From the NCBI RefSeq assembly GCF_009914755.1, contig NC_060930.1: a DNA stretch of 64,000 nt; one strand, given 5' to 3'. The position numbers and the translations under genes are program-made. Position 1 is the first letter of the stretch. Every line of letters begins with the position of its first letter. Shown here one piece after another: positions 1 to 16,160 of this stretch. This DNA comes from the human T2T-CHM13v2.0 reference genome, Homo sapiens. The notes below the pieces were generated by a model, which saw nothing but the letters and a program-made list of their open reading frames with translations, did no database searches and was not told the origin of the DNA.

Positions 1-329
1 GTCAGAGTCTCTGTAAGGAAGGACTTTCATTATTCTACCAAACTATTAATATACACTTTCCCACGGTTTCTAATAAATCTTTTAACACTTCGAAATAACA
101 ATCAGAGCAGCTGCCATCTAAGATTTATAAGGTAGAGAATGAATACCCAGTAGCTTTTCTAATATTTTTTTGAATTCAGCCAGTCACTTTTAAACAAAAA
201 AAGAACCCTTCTATAATCTATTAGTAAATCAAAATTACAAAGATACTTCCTTACATGATAAAGAATATATTTTACCTCAAACTACCAGATTATTACTCTT
301 ATATAAAACTTCCCACAACCCCTACCCCT

Positions 330-540
330 GGTTATACTCCTTCATATTTCCTTCATAGCACTTATCATGATCTATAATTCTTTATTTACTTGTTCATTTT
401 CCTCTCTTTTACTAGAATGTAAGATTTGTGTGCATAGAGGTCATAGAGGTCATGTCTGTCCTGTTCACAGTTGTATGCCCAGACATAGCAAGTGCCTCAA
501 ACAAAATAAACTAAAGAAGTATTCATTGAATGAATGAATA
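330..540 (+). mobile_element. L2 LINE 3' end fragment
   Basis: ctagaatgtaag...tgttcac...tgaatgaatgaa tail typical of L2 3' ends. Confidence 0.6.
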
Positions 541-810
541 CTCCAATGCAGAGAACACTGTGATCATCAACAGTGTCATCTTCAAAATGTTAATGACATC
601 TACCCACAAACATGTACATATATACAATGGTTAGACATCCACACACACTTTGTACATATGCTTGCCTGTGTGCATCCATGTATGTGAAAATACATATATA
701 GATAGATACAAGTATATGAGAAAAAATTTACCCAAGTTCCATTTTTCATTATTTTTGTTTTGTTAACTATACATGTTATCTTCAAACAGAAATGAATTTC
801 TTTTTAACTA

Positions 811-957
<147 letters not shown>

Positions 958-1980
958 CTAAAAAGAAAAACATTAACAAAACTAAAAGAGAATATTAAAA
1001 ATGTGTGTAAACTATATAAATTTGTTATGAGTGTTATATAATTACTAATATTAATAAAATTATAAACTAAATGTTAATGTTTCATAAGAACAGAATTAAA
1101 TAAACATCAAAGTCATTAATTAGAATTTGTGTGTTTATAGTTACTTGAAAAGACAACTAACAAGTATATTCCAAAAAACACAAAACCTCTTAAGTCTTGG
1201 GAGAAAATTAAAGCAACATCAATTCTCTAATCTTTATTTTTAGGTACATAAAGTTTTCATAATTACATAAAGTCTGTAAGAAAAATATATTTTAAAATGC
1301 AATTTACTTTTGATTTGAGCTGCAGAGAAACAATGTAACCTCATCTTTAATGAAATCAGGAAACATTTAAACCTTCAATCATAGCTTCATATATGAAGGC
1401 AGAAAACAGACAGTGGAATGATATATGACTTAGCAGAAAGGATCAAGGTCAACCTGCTTTTCCCTGATGAATTCAAGAAAGAAGAATCTATATTGGATTC
1501 TACGTAAGTGTAAAATGAGAAGCTAAAAAGAAGAAGACAATTTGAGAGTCTGCAACCACCCCTCTCTCATTCTGTCAGGAGAACCAAAGTTTACTGTCTA
1601 CAGAAAATGAACTCGAGACACAATGAACTATCAAATACCAAATACAGACAGAAGTAAGGGTAAGATGTCTTACTGAAATAAAAGCCTGTACTCTGACTAA
1701 AGACTAAAAACAAAAAGCACAGAGAGAAAATGGAGACAATACAGGATGTAAAAGAAAACTTCAGAAAATATCATGAATTCAGAATATAAATGGATTCTGT
1801 ACTAATGAAACAAATGAAGATGACATTAATTATAAGGGGGAAATTAGAAAACAAAAATGAGCTCTACGAATCAAAAATATAATACATGAATGTAAAAATA
1901 AGTAGAAATATAAAGTTGACAAATCTTTAAGAACACAGAAAAAAAAGGCAAACAGATATACTATAGAAAAGATAAGAGCA

Positions 1981-2277
1981 GGCAGGGAGCAGTGGCTCAT
2001 GCCTGTAATCCCAGCTCTTTGGGAGGCCAAGGTGAGTGGATCACGAGGTCAGGAGTTTGAGACCAGCCTGACCAACACGGTGAACCCCCGTCTCCATTAA
2101 AAATACAAAAATTATCCGGGTGTGGTGGTGTGTGCCTGTAATCCCAGCTACTCGGGAGGCTGAGACAGGAGAATCGCTTGAACTAGGGAGTCAAAAGTTG
2201 CAGTAAGCCGAGATCACGCCACTGCACTCCAGCCTGGTGACAGAGTAAGACTCTGTCTTAAAAAAAAAAAAAAAAAA
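1981..2277 (+). mobile_element. AluS
   Basis: Full dimer with A tail; TSD-like aaagataaga(g/a)ca on both sides. Confidence 0.93.
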
Positions 2278-3438
2278 GATAAGAACATCAGCACATCAGG
2301 ATATTATTTAAGGAGGTCCGTAGCTTATGACTAGGAGTTCTAGAAAGAGAACCCATATGAAAATGACAAGAAAAATACTGTCAAAGAAATAATACAAGAA
2401 AATTTCCTAGAGCTATAAAAATATTTTTTAAAAAAAGGTGAGATGAAAAAGACCCAATAAAGGTTCAGTACCATGTAGGAAAAAATACACCAAGTTATAC
2501 ATCAATACAAAAAATAAAGAAGAGGTCCCAATACTTTCAGAAAGAAAGATCCTGAATGAGAATGGCATCAAATTTCTGATCAGAAATATTGAAAGCCAGA
2601 ATAAAAATCTAGAATAAAAAACAGATCAATGCTTATAAACTTGCTTATGAATTTCCTGAATGGAAATAATGTCAAGCTTAGTCAGGCTATTAATCAATTA
2701 TAAAAATAGAATAAAGACATTCCCAAACAGGAAAAGTTTCAAATAATTTATCTCCCATGCACCATTTTTAGCAGGTTTCTATGAGATGTACTTCCAAATA
2801 ACCAAGAGATAGACATGGGATTCAAGATTCAGAATTAAACAGAGGAGAAATGAAAATATATTCCTACTATAATGGCAAAGAGGAGTCAAAGAACAGCAAT
2901 AGTGAGCAGAAATAGAGAAAAAACAATTTAAGTCAAATGAGAACATTAGAAGAATTCAGAAAAGATTACATTGAGATATAATTATATTGGTAGTAAGGGA
3001 GGAGGAAAAGTAGGGGTATGAATCAGCCAAAATCTAAACTACCCTACTAGGAAAGCAATAGATAGTGTCTAAGGTCTCATGTGTAATGTCTACAGTTGAT
3101 AAAATTACAAGAAATAGTATACATGTGATTTTAAACTATGCAGATAAAAACAAAAATAAGCAAAGAAGTATGTATCTTACTCCAGGAAGCAGGAAAAAAC
3201 AAGTGGATGATCAAAAACTGCTGTTCTTTGTATGAGCTTTTTAATACTAGCTGTCTTTTTAATTCTTTTAATAAAATACTTTAATAGAAATGTATTTTTA
3301 AATGGATTGTTTTGAAAACTATAAAATCAAATCTGAATTTTTTTTGCAAACATCGTTTAAATTATTATATAAATCTGTAAGTGATTTGATTTATAAATTT
3401 AAAATCTATAAATCTTGACTTGTAAGTTTTAAAATCTA

Positions 3439-3744
<306 letters not shown>

Positions 3745-4338
3745 CTAAAATATTTGATAAAAAACAAAAACTCAAAGAAACAGGTGATAGATATTGCAAC
3801 TATAAACAGCAACATGATTAAACAGCAACTGCTGCATATTTTCTATGTCAATTTCCATATTAAGCTTCAGAATAGCAAATAAATTCAGACAAATTAGTTT
3901 AGAAGCCAAAATTAGAAGAGTCAGAGTTCAGTGTTTAGTGCCTCTTATAATCCTCTGAAATATCAGATATTGTTGTGCTTACTTTTATATTGCCTAAATA
4001 CTTTTCTATAAGTATATCAACAATGCATTCTTTTTCTACTTAAGATTATATAGTCCTTCATTTCATAATTCACTCTTTGCTGATTATTTTGTCTACCTCA
4101 CAGTATCTACCACAATGATGTGTACAAAACAGGCACTGAATAAATGTTAATAAAATAGATGAACAATGAACTGAGATATCAGAAATTTGAGTTCTAGTTT
4201 ATTGCATGCCTAATTGTGATTTGGGCAAGTCATTGGATCTCTCTGAACTTCAGTTTCTTTAGCTGAAAAAATAAGCAGGTTAAAATAAAAATGATTATTA
4301 AAGTTCCTTCCAACCCTAAAAATCTCTTATTTCTCCAT

Positions 4339-4663
4339 GTATTTATTTATTTATTTTTATTTTATTTATTTATTTATTTTGAGACGGAGTCTCGCTCTGT
4401 TGCCCAGGCTGGAGTGCAGTGGCGCAATCTCGGCTCACTGTAAGCTCTGCCTCCCGGGTTCACTCCAATCTCTTGCCTCAGCCTCCTGAGTAGCTGGGAC
4501 TATAGGTGCCTGCCAACACACCTGGCTAATTTTTTTGTATTTTTAGTAGAGACGGGGTTTCACCATGTTAGCCAGGATGATCTTGATCTCCTGACCTTGT
4601 GATCTGCCCGCCTTGGCCTCCCAAAGTGCTGGGATTTACAGGCGTGAGCCACTGTGCCAGGTC
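4339..4663 (-). mobile_element. AluY-like element with (TTTA)n tail
   Basis: AluY-type diagnostic positions; TSD tatttctccat on both sides. Confidence 0.92.
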
Positions 4664-5022
4664 TATTTCTCCATTTATAAGAACCTGAAGTTTTATTTCA
4701 TACAGAGTATAATAGTTATTATTCAACATTTAAATGTATAAAAGCAATGTAACTTTGCACATATAAATTATTTTTAAATGTACCAAAATAATTTCATATG
4801 TAAAGAGAACATGTATAAAAACAAGGCCATAACTATACAATTTTTAAGAGAACAAATTAAATTACCCAAGTAAAAACAGTCTTTAAACAGTCTGCTTGCA
4901 TGCTTGCTTAAATACATAACTTTAACACATAAAATATGTATGTATATATAATTAATTTTAAATAGGCAGTTTTATGTTAAGAATTATAACTCTTACAATT
5001 ATATGAGAGTACTAACTTATGA

Positions 5023-5342
<320 letters not shown>

Positions 5343-5606
5343 TTGTTTACTTTTACAAGTGTTTCAGCACTACAGGGAAGCTAGGATGTAAGTGATTTTA
5401 TATTGTTAACCACCAGAGGGAGACAATTTTTATTTATTTATTTATTATATTATGTATAATTACAAACCTAAGTATACATTATGCTTCAGAATATTTATCA
5501 TTTCAAATATTAACAGATAGCTTCTTAATTCTATTTCCTGCTTGTGCCACATTGCTCAGAAAAAATATATATATATAACTTTATTAAAATTCTACATTTT
5601 AAATTA

Positions 5607-5801
<195 letters not shown>

Positions 5802-6303
5802 TTAGGTCCAGAATTTAATTAAAGTTAACAATATAGAGCAGAAAATAAAACTAATTGTATCACACACTAGAAAATCAAGGTCTATATTTTAATTTCGAAG
5901 AACTTAATTTGAATTAAGATCAGTGCACGTACATTTATGTAACTTTAAACCTAACATAAAATTACAGTTTTATGCATATGGAAGAAATTTTGCTTCAGGT
6001 AAGAATTATTCACTTTGTAATTGGTTTTCTTAATGAAAGAATCTCTTCCTATGCCCTTCATTAAATAAAGATTCAATTTATTTAAAAAATGTATATTTTA
6101 GGAATACTCAATATGTAAGACAGGAGTCACCTATGAATGAAATAAAACAGCAAATTTGCTTTGTTTAGCCAGAAAAGTGTTTTGTAAAAGAATGATTGTG
6201 CATTGGTCTAGGCATATACTTCTCCAATTTGTGCCCTTCACCTCTCCCTTTTATCTTATATTCTGTGCTGATTTAAACATTTAGGTTACTTGCCTGTCTC
6301 TAA

Positions 6304-6639
<336 letters not shown>

Positions 6640-6657
6640 TGAAAGAAGTTCTTAACA

Positions 6658-7451
<794 letters not shown>

Positions 7452-8109
7452 TCACAGTAAGTACACAAATCCCTGGTACAAAGGAGCATTTCAGTAGTCT
7501 ATAAACACTAAAGGCAGAAGCTATGTTTTCTACATGTTGTATTGTCAGCATATAGGCTAGTGTTTGGCACAGCAAAGCTTAGCAAGTGATTGCTGTACTG
7601 ATTGAACCACCGAATGACTTTCGACTTCCAAATTTAAATATTTCATAAACTACATTTAAGTTTTCCCATATTTTTCATACAACATTATTAAGAAACTGTT
7701 GTGAAACAAATGTTTCAACAGCACAGTGGATCCCAAAACATTACATTAGATAGTGCAACAGAAAAAAAAATAATAATAGATGAATTCTGTATTCTAAAAT
7801 GGAAAAATTAGAAAAAACTGTCTCAACATTATGTTTACATTTTAATGTAATTTGTTAAAATGTGGAACTTAATTGTGTTCTCTAAATAGCTGGAGACAAG
7901 ATATTCCTCAAATTTACAAAGAAGTACAGCCAAATTTAATTCTATTTTTTATTAGAAATATTGGCTTTTTCTCTCATTATCACTCAGATAAAATATAAGA
8001 AAATCTAAATCTAGCCTGACATTTATATTTATAAATTCATTTTATCAATATATAAAATGGTCCTATGCATTTCTTAATGTTGAAACAATATCTAGGTTTA
8101 ATTTACTCA

Positions 8110-8268
<159 letters not shown>

Positions 8269-9682
8269 CTACATAAAAAAAAAAATTGTAACAGTGAATA
8301 AGTAAAAATATTAAAAGGTCCTATTAAATCCACTTTCTAAGCATAAACATTATTTTAAAATGATGTTAAATTCAAATAAACTTGGTAGTTCATAATGTTA
8401 ACAAAATATTTAATGCTTATTTGTTACATTTAATTTGCTTTCCAATTTAAATGGTTCGTCCATGAACCATCATCAGGACTGTACCTACTTTATTTTTCTG
8501 GTGGACAAGAATTTATACTAACCATTCTGAAAGTTTAAATTGTGGAATTAGCTAGCTGAGGTTAGGAATGTAACCTTTGGCCTGAGAACTAAATGAAGCA
8601 TTTTTAATTCCAAACCAATGACTTGGACCTCATAAGAGGTTGTAGACCCAAACCTTGGGTTAATCTGCTTAAGATGTATAAATTTATTATTATTTACTAG
8701 TTATTAATTTTCTAGTTTGAATGAAGGCATCAAACATGAATAAGTACACAGTAGGAAAAAAAATAAAATGATTTGATTCTTAGTACTATATGTTGAAACA
8801 AAATGGGATAAAATGCATGGCTTTAAAAATCAAAGATTTCAGTTTGATTTACTGTGACATTTAATACTAAGCATATCCCAGACAGGTTCTTTCCACCACA
8901 ATCACTACAAAAACTGTATTTCCACTATTCCCCTAAAATTTCATGTTAGGTAGAGTACATCACACATATCCTGCACAGCCAAGAAAAACTATCTTTACCA
9001 AGAGTTAACCAAACATAAAATGCTTGCTACACAATGCTTGCTAGAGTTTGGAGATAACAGTAATTACAAGGGTTGATAAAGATAAAAAGGGTTGATGACG
9101 ATTTTCTCTGTGCCATGAAATAATGATCTAACTTTAACGTAGGTAAGGAGAAGGAGTACGTTGCTGGTAAGAAGCAAAGAGTGAATAATGGGGGGAAATA
9201 TAAACAAATTGCTCACAGGAAAATGAAGGAGGAAAATGTGTCCCTATGGAAGGATTTTTCCCATCATTCTTATTGGGAAAGATGAGCCTAATTCAAGGGT
9301 GAATATTAGGGACCTCCTTGAGGTTGCAGATATGAGTGATAAGTGATATCTTCCAATTCAGCTTTTAGCAGAAATAAAGCTGATATTCCAATCCCCATTT
9401 GTCTGATACCAGTGTCTACTTCACAACTGCATCTGAATTTCGGAGGGAAATTTAAAAATGTAAGTAGAAGACCTCCCTGAATCTAACAATTATCAGAGTT
9501 AAATTTTAGGAATAAAGAAAACACAGTAAAGATCTGTTGCCCAGATTCCTGCAAGTAACGACAGAACATAAAATTAGTACATTAAAAACAAAAAGTAACA
9601 ATAACAAAACATTCTAAATTTATATTACTCAGACTAAATTTTTAAATTCAGTTATAGCATGTTGTAAAAATTCCTACATTCA

Positions 9683-10177
<495 letters not shown>

Positions 10178-11098
10178 TCATCTCATAACAGTACACTTTT
10201 ATAACAACTATTTTTATGCTCATACATGTCAAAACCAACTTAAATAAAGATACTTCACTTCTTAAGAGAGTCAGTTGTTTCCCTTGTGCCAAAATGCACA
10301 AATTTAGTTCCAGACCTCACTAAAGGAAAGAATGGGAGAAACAACAAATCTCAATCATCTCGTATCTATCTGAAGATATGGTACTTGATTGAAATATTTC
10401 TAAAATTCATGAAAAGATCTGGCTGTTCATATATGGCAAAAATAACTTAGCATTTGTATGCTTGCTTACTATTTTGTTCTTTTATCTAATATGGTCACAA
10501 AGGATTCCTGGCTATTCAAATATTCTGGAAAACAGAATTATGACCATCGTACAAAATTTTTAAATAACTAAAATAGTCTATACTAAATGTAAGTTCAACC
10601 TTCCATGGGCAATACAAACTTATAAATCTACAAGTTTAGTATTCAAACAGTACAATTTTATTACAGCTCAGAAAGAAGAAATAATAGTTAAGATAATTTT
10701 CAGTGAATGAATGCCAGGTTGCACTGAATATGTTTGTACCACGTTATCACATTTACACTTTCTTTGGGCATCATCTAAACTATCTTCCTCTCCAATCGCT
10801 ATCCCAACAATGTTAATTGAACATTTTTCGAAGGCAAAGCTAATGTCTTCTTTTCTTCATGCAACTTTACCTCACCTAATTCCTTTTAAACAACGTGCAT
10901 GTGTTGTTTTCTTTCAAAAATTTAGCACCTTATTCTAATTCACTTATCTTTTTGACCACAGAAGTTAAAAAAATCCACTTTTTTCAGAGTATAGTCTTTA
11001 ACTACAAAATTATAGAGTGAATATCATCTTTACAGAGATTAACCCCCAAAAAATAAAAAACTAGGAGGCATATGACTTATCATAAATATTATGTCTTA

Positions 11099-11536
<438 letters not shown>

Positions 11537-12269
11537 CTAGAAAAAGAAACATAGAGTAAAAACATTTAGAAGAGGGGGTGGGAAATAGGAGCTACTCATA
11601 AGAAAGGAACAGAAAAGAAAGAGGATGTATTAGTCTGATTTCATTTCTTCCCCTTTTCTGCTTCCTGCACCTGATATTTTATAACTTTGGCCCCTCTTCT
11701 TCACAATTACTATCAGTCCTGTAGTTTCAGTCTTTTTCCTCAGTAGCCTCTTAGCTGGTCTTACTGACCAGTCTTACTCCTTTTCTACTCCATTCTATAC
11801 GAATCCCTTCCATACAATGACATCAATGTAAATATGACTATGTCACACTCCTCATGGAATTTTTCAAAGACTCTGTATCATGTGGAAGATATACTACAGC
11901 CTCCTAATTAATTTTTTCATTCAAAGTGCTTTTATTAAATATCAGTTTATGACCGACATTATGTTGGGTAATAGAGAAAAAAGTGATGAATAAGACAAAC
12001 AGGCATTCAAGGCCTTCATGAACTGGTCTCTGTTTCCCCCTCAGACCCATCTCTGTCTTTGTCCTCTTTATGCATTTTGTGCACTAGAAATACTGGATTA
12101 CCTACAGTTGGCTGCACATATGTCAAAGTTTTCTGAATTTGCTCTTGCTCTTCCTTCTGCCTAAAATGTTCTTCTCTGGCTAATTCAGCTAAGGCATTAT
12201 CTCCAATTTGCAGCGTTTCTATGTGCCAGTAACATAGAAGGCTATAAAGACATCACAGAGAGTAGCAAT

Positions 12270-12410
12270 TTTAATCTTTACAATACCCCTAAGAGGTAGG
12301 TACTATTATTATCCTTATTTTACAGATTAGGAAACTGAGGCACAGAAGAGCCAGCATTGATTGGAACCTATGCAGCCTGTTTCAAAGTCCTTGCATTTAA
12401 CTAATATGCA
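12270..12410 (+). mobile_element. MIR fragment
   Basis: MIR core attttacagat.aggaaactgaggcacaga; strand given is that on which the core was read. Confidence 0.65.
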
Positions 12411-13517
12411 CACAATTCATCCCAGAACCCATAAGGTGAGCTAAATGGCCTCTTCAATAATCTACTTCTGTGCTAGTTTATAAACTGCTCCAACATTAGA
12501 GCTGCATATTCCGGATAACTAGCATAGACTTTTATACTAGGTTGCTGGGTTCAGCGTCATCATTTTCCAGATGTAGAAACTGAGGCTCAGAGAAATAAAG
12601 TCGCTTGATCAAAATCCCACCTCACAAAGCCGTAAACTGTTTACCTGAATTACTAAAACTTGTCAGAGTCATACAGCGTAAACATATAGAGCCCATTGTT
12701 TAAAAAGATATTGAGATGCAAACATTAATATATTCACTATACTATGTGTTTTATACTGGATAAGGCAACAAGTAAAGGGAGTTTCAAATTTTATTTTCCA
12801 TACCACTTCTTACCTATCAGTTTAGTAAAGCTTAAATGAAATCAATACTCAACACTTATTATGGGGTCGTTAAACAAGAGACATAAACCACTGGTGACAG
12901 TATTAACTATTTTAACTACTTTGGAAAGTAAATTGTCAATATACATGAAATGCTTCAGAAATGTTTATGCCATTCCACTGAGGAACATTACTCCTGGGAA
13001 AGCTTCTGTAGTAATATATAAAATAGATGTTTCCTATAGTTTTATTTGTAATAGAGAAAACTTAGGAAAATCGTAAGTATCTCATAACATATGAATAAGT
13101 GAATTACAGCATATACAAATGATAGAATTTCATGTAGTTATCAAAATATGTTTAGAAAGCTGGCAAAACTAATCTTTGATGTCAGAAGTCAGAAGAATGG
13201 TTACTTAATGGTTGCTAGAATACAACAGGAGCAAGAGAGGGGCTTTTGGGGGTAATGGTCTTGATCTGATTGCCACTTACATAGATATATTCTGTTTGTG
13301 GAAATTCATCAAATTATACAGTTATGTTTTATGCAGTTTCTGTAAATATATGTATAAGTAAAAAGTTAAAAATGTGTTATGCATAGTTTCCCAAAAAAAG
13401 AGAAACAAACTCAAAAAGTAGTAAGTAAAAGACTCAAGACACGTAATTGTAAGTGCAACAGGTTCAACTATGTAAAAAGTACATAGAACAAAGTCTAAAT
13501 GGAAACATAACAAAAAA

Positions 13518-13828
<311 letters not shown>

Positions 13829-15198
13829 TTAATACTAGCACGATTTTTATTCTTTAAATCCATGGGGTCCTTGTCATCCATCTTTTTGCAAGCCATCCAC
13901 TACATTTACTAGCTTAAAAGGTGGATGAAAAAAATAATGAAGCAACAACTAAACTGTTTCAATAGTAATCCTGTAAAAGGTAATTTGAAAACCACCTGAG
14001 ACTAAACTGTTGGCAGGAAATATCACACTCATTTCACGTGGGCTTTCCTAAATCTGAACAACTAATAGGAAAGAGCCCCGTTTAAGTGACTTCCTGAAAA
14101 TCACATGTGAATTGGTGGAGGCTGGAAACAGACACCATTTTTAGATAAAAACACAACTACTGCGGATGGCAATACGACCTCTGAATTTTCTCAGAAGACC
14201 ATCAAGAGAGGCCTCAAGCATTCAAAGAAGCAACATGCAAAGCAAATATGTTACTGACAACTAAAATGAGTTAAAGAGCAATGATTAATCCCACCCCCAC
14301 ACCTCAAAAACAAATCAGTGAGAAAAAGATTTCTTGAACCAATAAGTTTCAAGCTTTGGCTGCTGACGTATGATTGCACATTAATACTTCAAGAAGGTAC
14401 TTTGATGTTCAACTAGTTGGGTTTGGAGATGGAAACATAGGGCATGAAAATTATATTTGATATTAGCATAAGTACATCATTAAACACAAAATTATATTGG
14501 CAGAAAATCATCAAGTGGTTTAAAACTTTACACACATACGTTATCCAGGGCTTCGAGCTTCCCTAAGACCACCTTCTTTCTAGATAAAACTGAGAACGAG
14601 TTAGTAATGTAAGCTTTTATGTCAATTTAGACCTGTCTTTTCTATTCTACCTCTCACTCTTAACACTGTTTACACTCTTAATCCTGTTTACACACAGAAA
14701 ATCACTTTTATTCCCGAAAACTCTTAGAAAAACCCTGACAATAACATAACCCACAACCTAGAAGGGAGGCAGCCATGAAGCAGGCGCATCCCTTTGGAAC
14801 CATACAAAAAGTGACCTCTGCCAACGGGAACAGTTCAGGGTGCTTAAGTGGCCAAAGAAGATACCGACATGGCCCCTAAAGTATTAAAAGCACCTTCTTT
14901 CCAGAAGTACCTCCGAATTGCCAGGGACTTCGCCCAAAACTAGAGGTTGGTCGAAGTGAAAATCTAAACCTAAGGAGAAGGCAGAGAGTGGGATCCCGTC
15001 ACAGTAGGAAGGTAAAGAAGACAGAAGTAAAGGACAGAGCGGGAGAGAAAGGACAAAAGTTCAAAATACAGGGGTAGAGGAGGGACAGGAGCCAGAAGAA
15101 TGGAGCGATCTGAAAGGTGTACGTCCTACTCACTGGTAGGCCTGTTTTGGACTCCGCTGTGGGAGAGGGCGGCTGCACTTCTGCGTCCCCCGCCTCAC

Positions 15199-15330
15199 CT
15201 GTCAGACATCCACACAGCCAGGCCTCCCCGCCCTCACCAAGCCCACACAAACCGCGCCACCGCCAGCGTCAGCCGGACGACTCTGGGGGCGTAGGCCGAC
15301 ACCGCCCTCCCTCCAGCCAATCTAATAGCG
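15199..15330 (-). other. MMUT: MMUT non-coding exon 1 (5' end approximate)
   Basis: Strong donor CAG|GTGAGG at 15199/15198 inside the CpG-rich region; the TSS cannot be fixed from sequence. Confidence 0.8.
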
Positions 15331-15429
15331 CTCTCATGGGCGCATTCCTGATGACGTTTAGGGGTAGGGTTAGATGCCCGTTTCCGCTTTCTTCCCACCC
15401 ACTTCCGGGTCTCCTCTGTTTACGAATGT

Positions 15430-15484
15430 TTGGGCGCGAATTACTCTAAGCGCGGCTCTCAGAAGGGTGCAAGAAGAATCAGTG
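15430..15484 (+). other. CENPQ: CENPQ non-coding exon 1 (5' end approximate)
   Basis: Consensus donor GTG|GTGAGT at 15484/15485 just downstream of the promoter. Confidence 0.75.
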
Positions 15485-16160
15485 GTGAGTCGTGATATCC
15501 TTAACCGGCTGGGTGGATCTAAAGTTCAGGGATGAGTTTTAAAGCCAACGCGTTTGTGGCAGACTCCGCAGTTTGCATTTGAGGATAGCGAGGGGGGATT
15601 GCTTACGGGGAAATGCCCGATGTCCTAAAAGATCTGCCCTTAGGATCCTGAGATTGAGATGTTTGATTAGGGGGGAGGGAGCAAAGCCATGAATACTTCC
15701 TATTTCTCCCGAATCATCCTCATGGCTCATCCTCATTGCTAAATTTCTCCCGCGGGCACTAGTGAAGTCAAGTGCAGCCTTGGACATTAGTGTCTGTGTT
15801 TCTCCAGGAGTCCTACTCACTCTTGTGCCCACATAGAGGTCTAAATTGAGGTAATTGAGTCCCATGAGTATCAACAAGCTGGTAAGAAAAACAAGACAAC
15901 CTAGAATGCCTCCCTCTCTCCTAAAGCATATAGTCTGGCGGCAAACTACTGTACCAGCCTTATTTCTTTTCACTTCTCCTATACACATTAAAAGCCTCGC
16001 TGGATTATCCTGTCCCTGAACACGCCAGGTTTTTTGTGTTTTTTCCGAGCTTTCCTGCCGTCCGAGTTTTACTGTTTTCCCTTGGATGCTTCATTTTTCT
16101 ACTTTTTGGCTAAATATTTCAAAATGTTATTAGAATAATACTTTTTCTATGAATAATGTA

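Larger units (their letters stand above)
15150..15520. promoter_or_regulatory. CpG-rich bidirectional MMUT/CENPQ promoter
   Basis: CpG-dense island between two divergent first-exon donors; GC boxes (CCCCGCC 15187, 15226), CCAAT 15317, CRE-like TGACGT 15352, ETS/GABP-type ACTTCCGG 15401; no TATA box seen. Confidence 0.85.

Noticed and set aside
15539-15988. 149-aa minus-strand ORF upstream of MMUT exon 1
   Set aside because: No recognisable homology or exon structure; expected by chance near a GC-richer promoter
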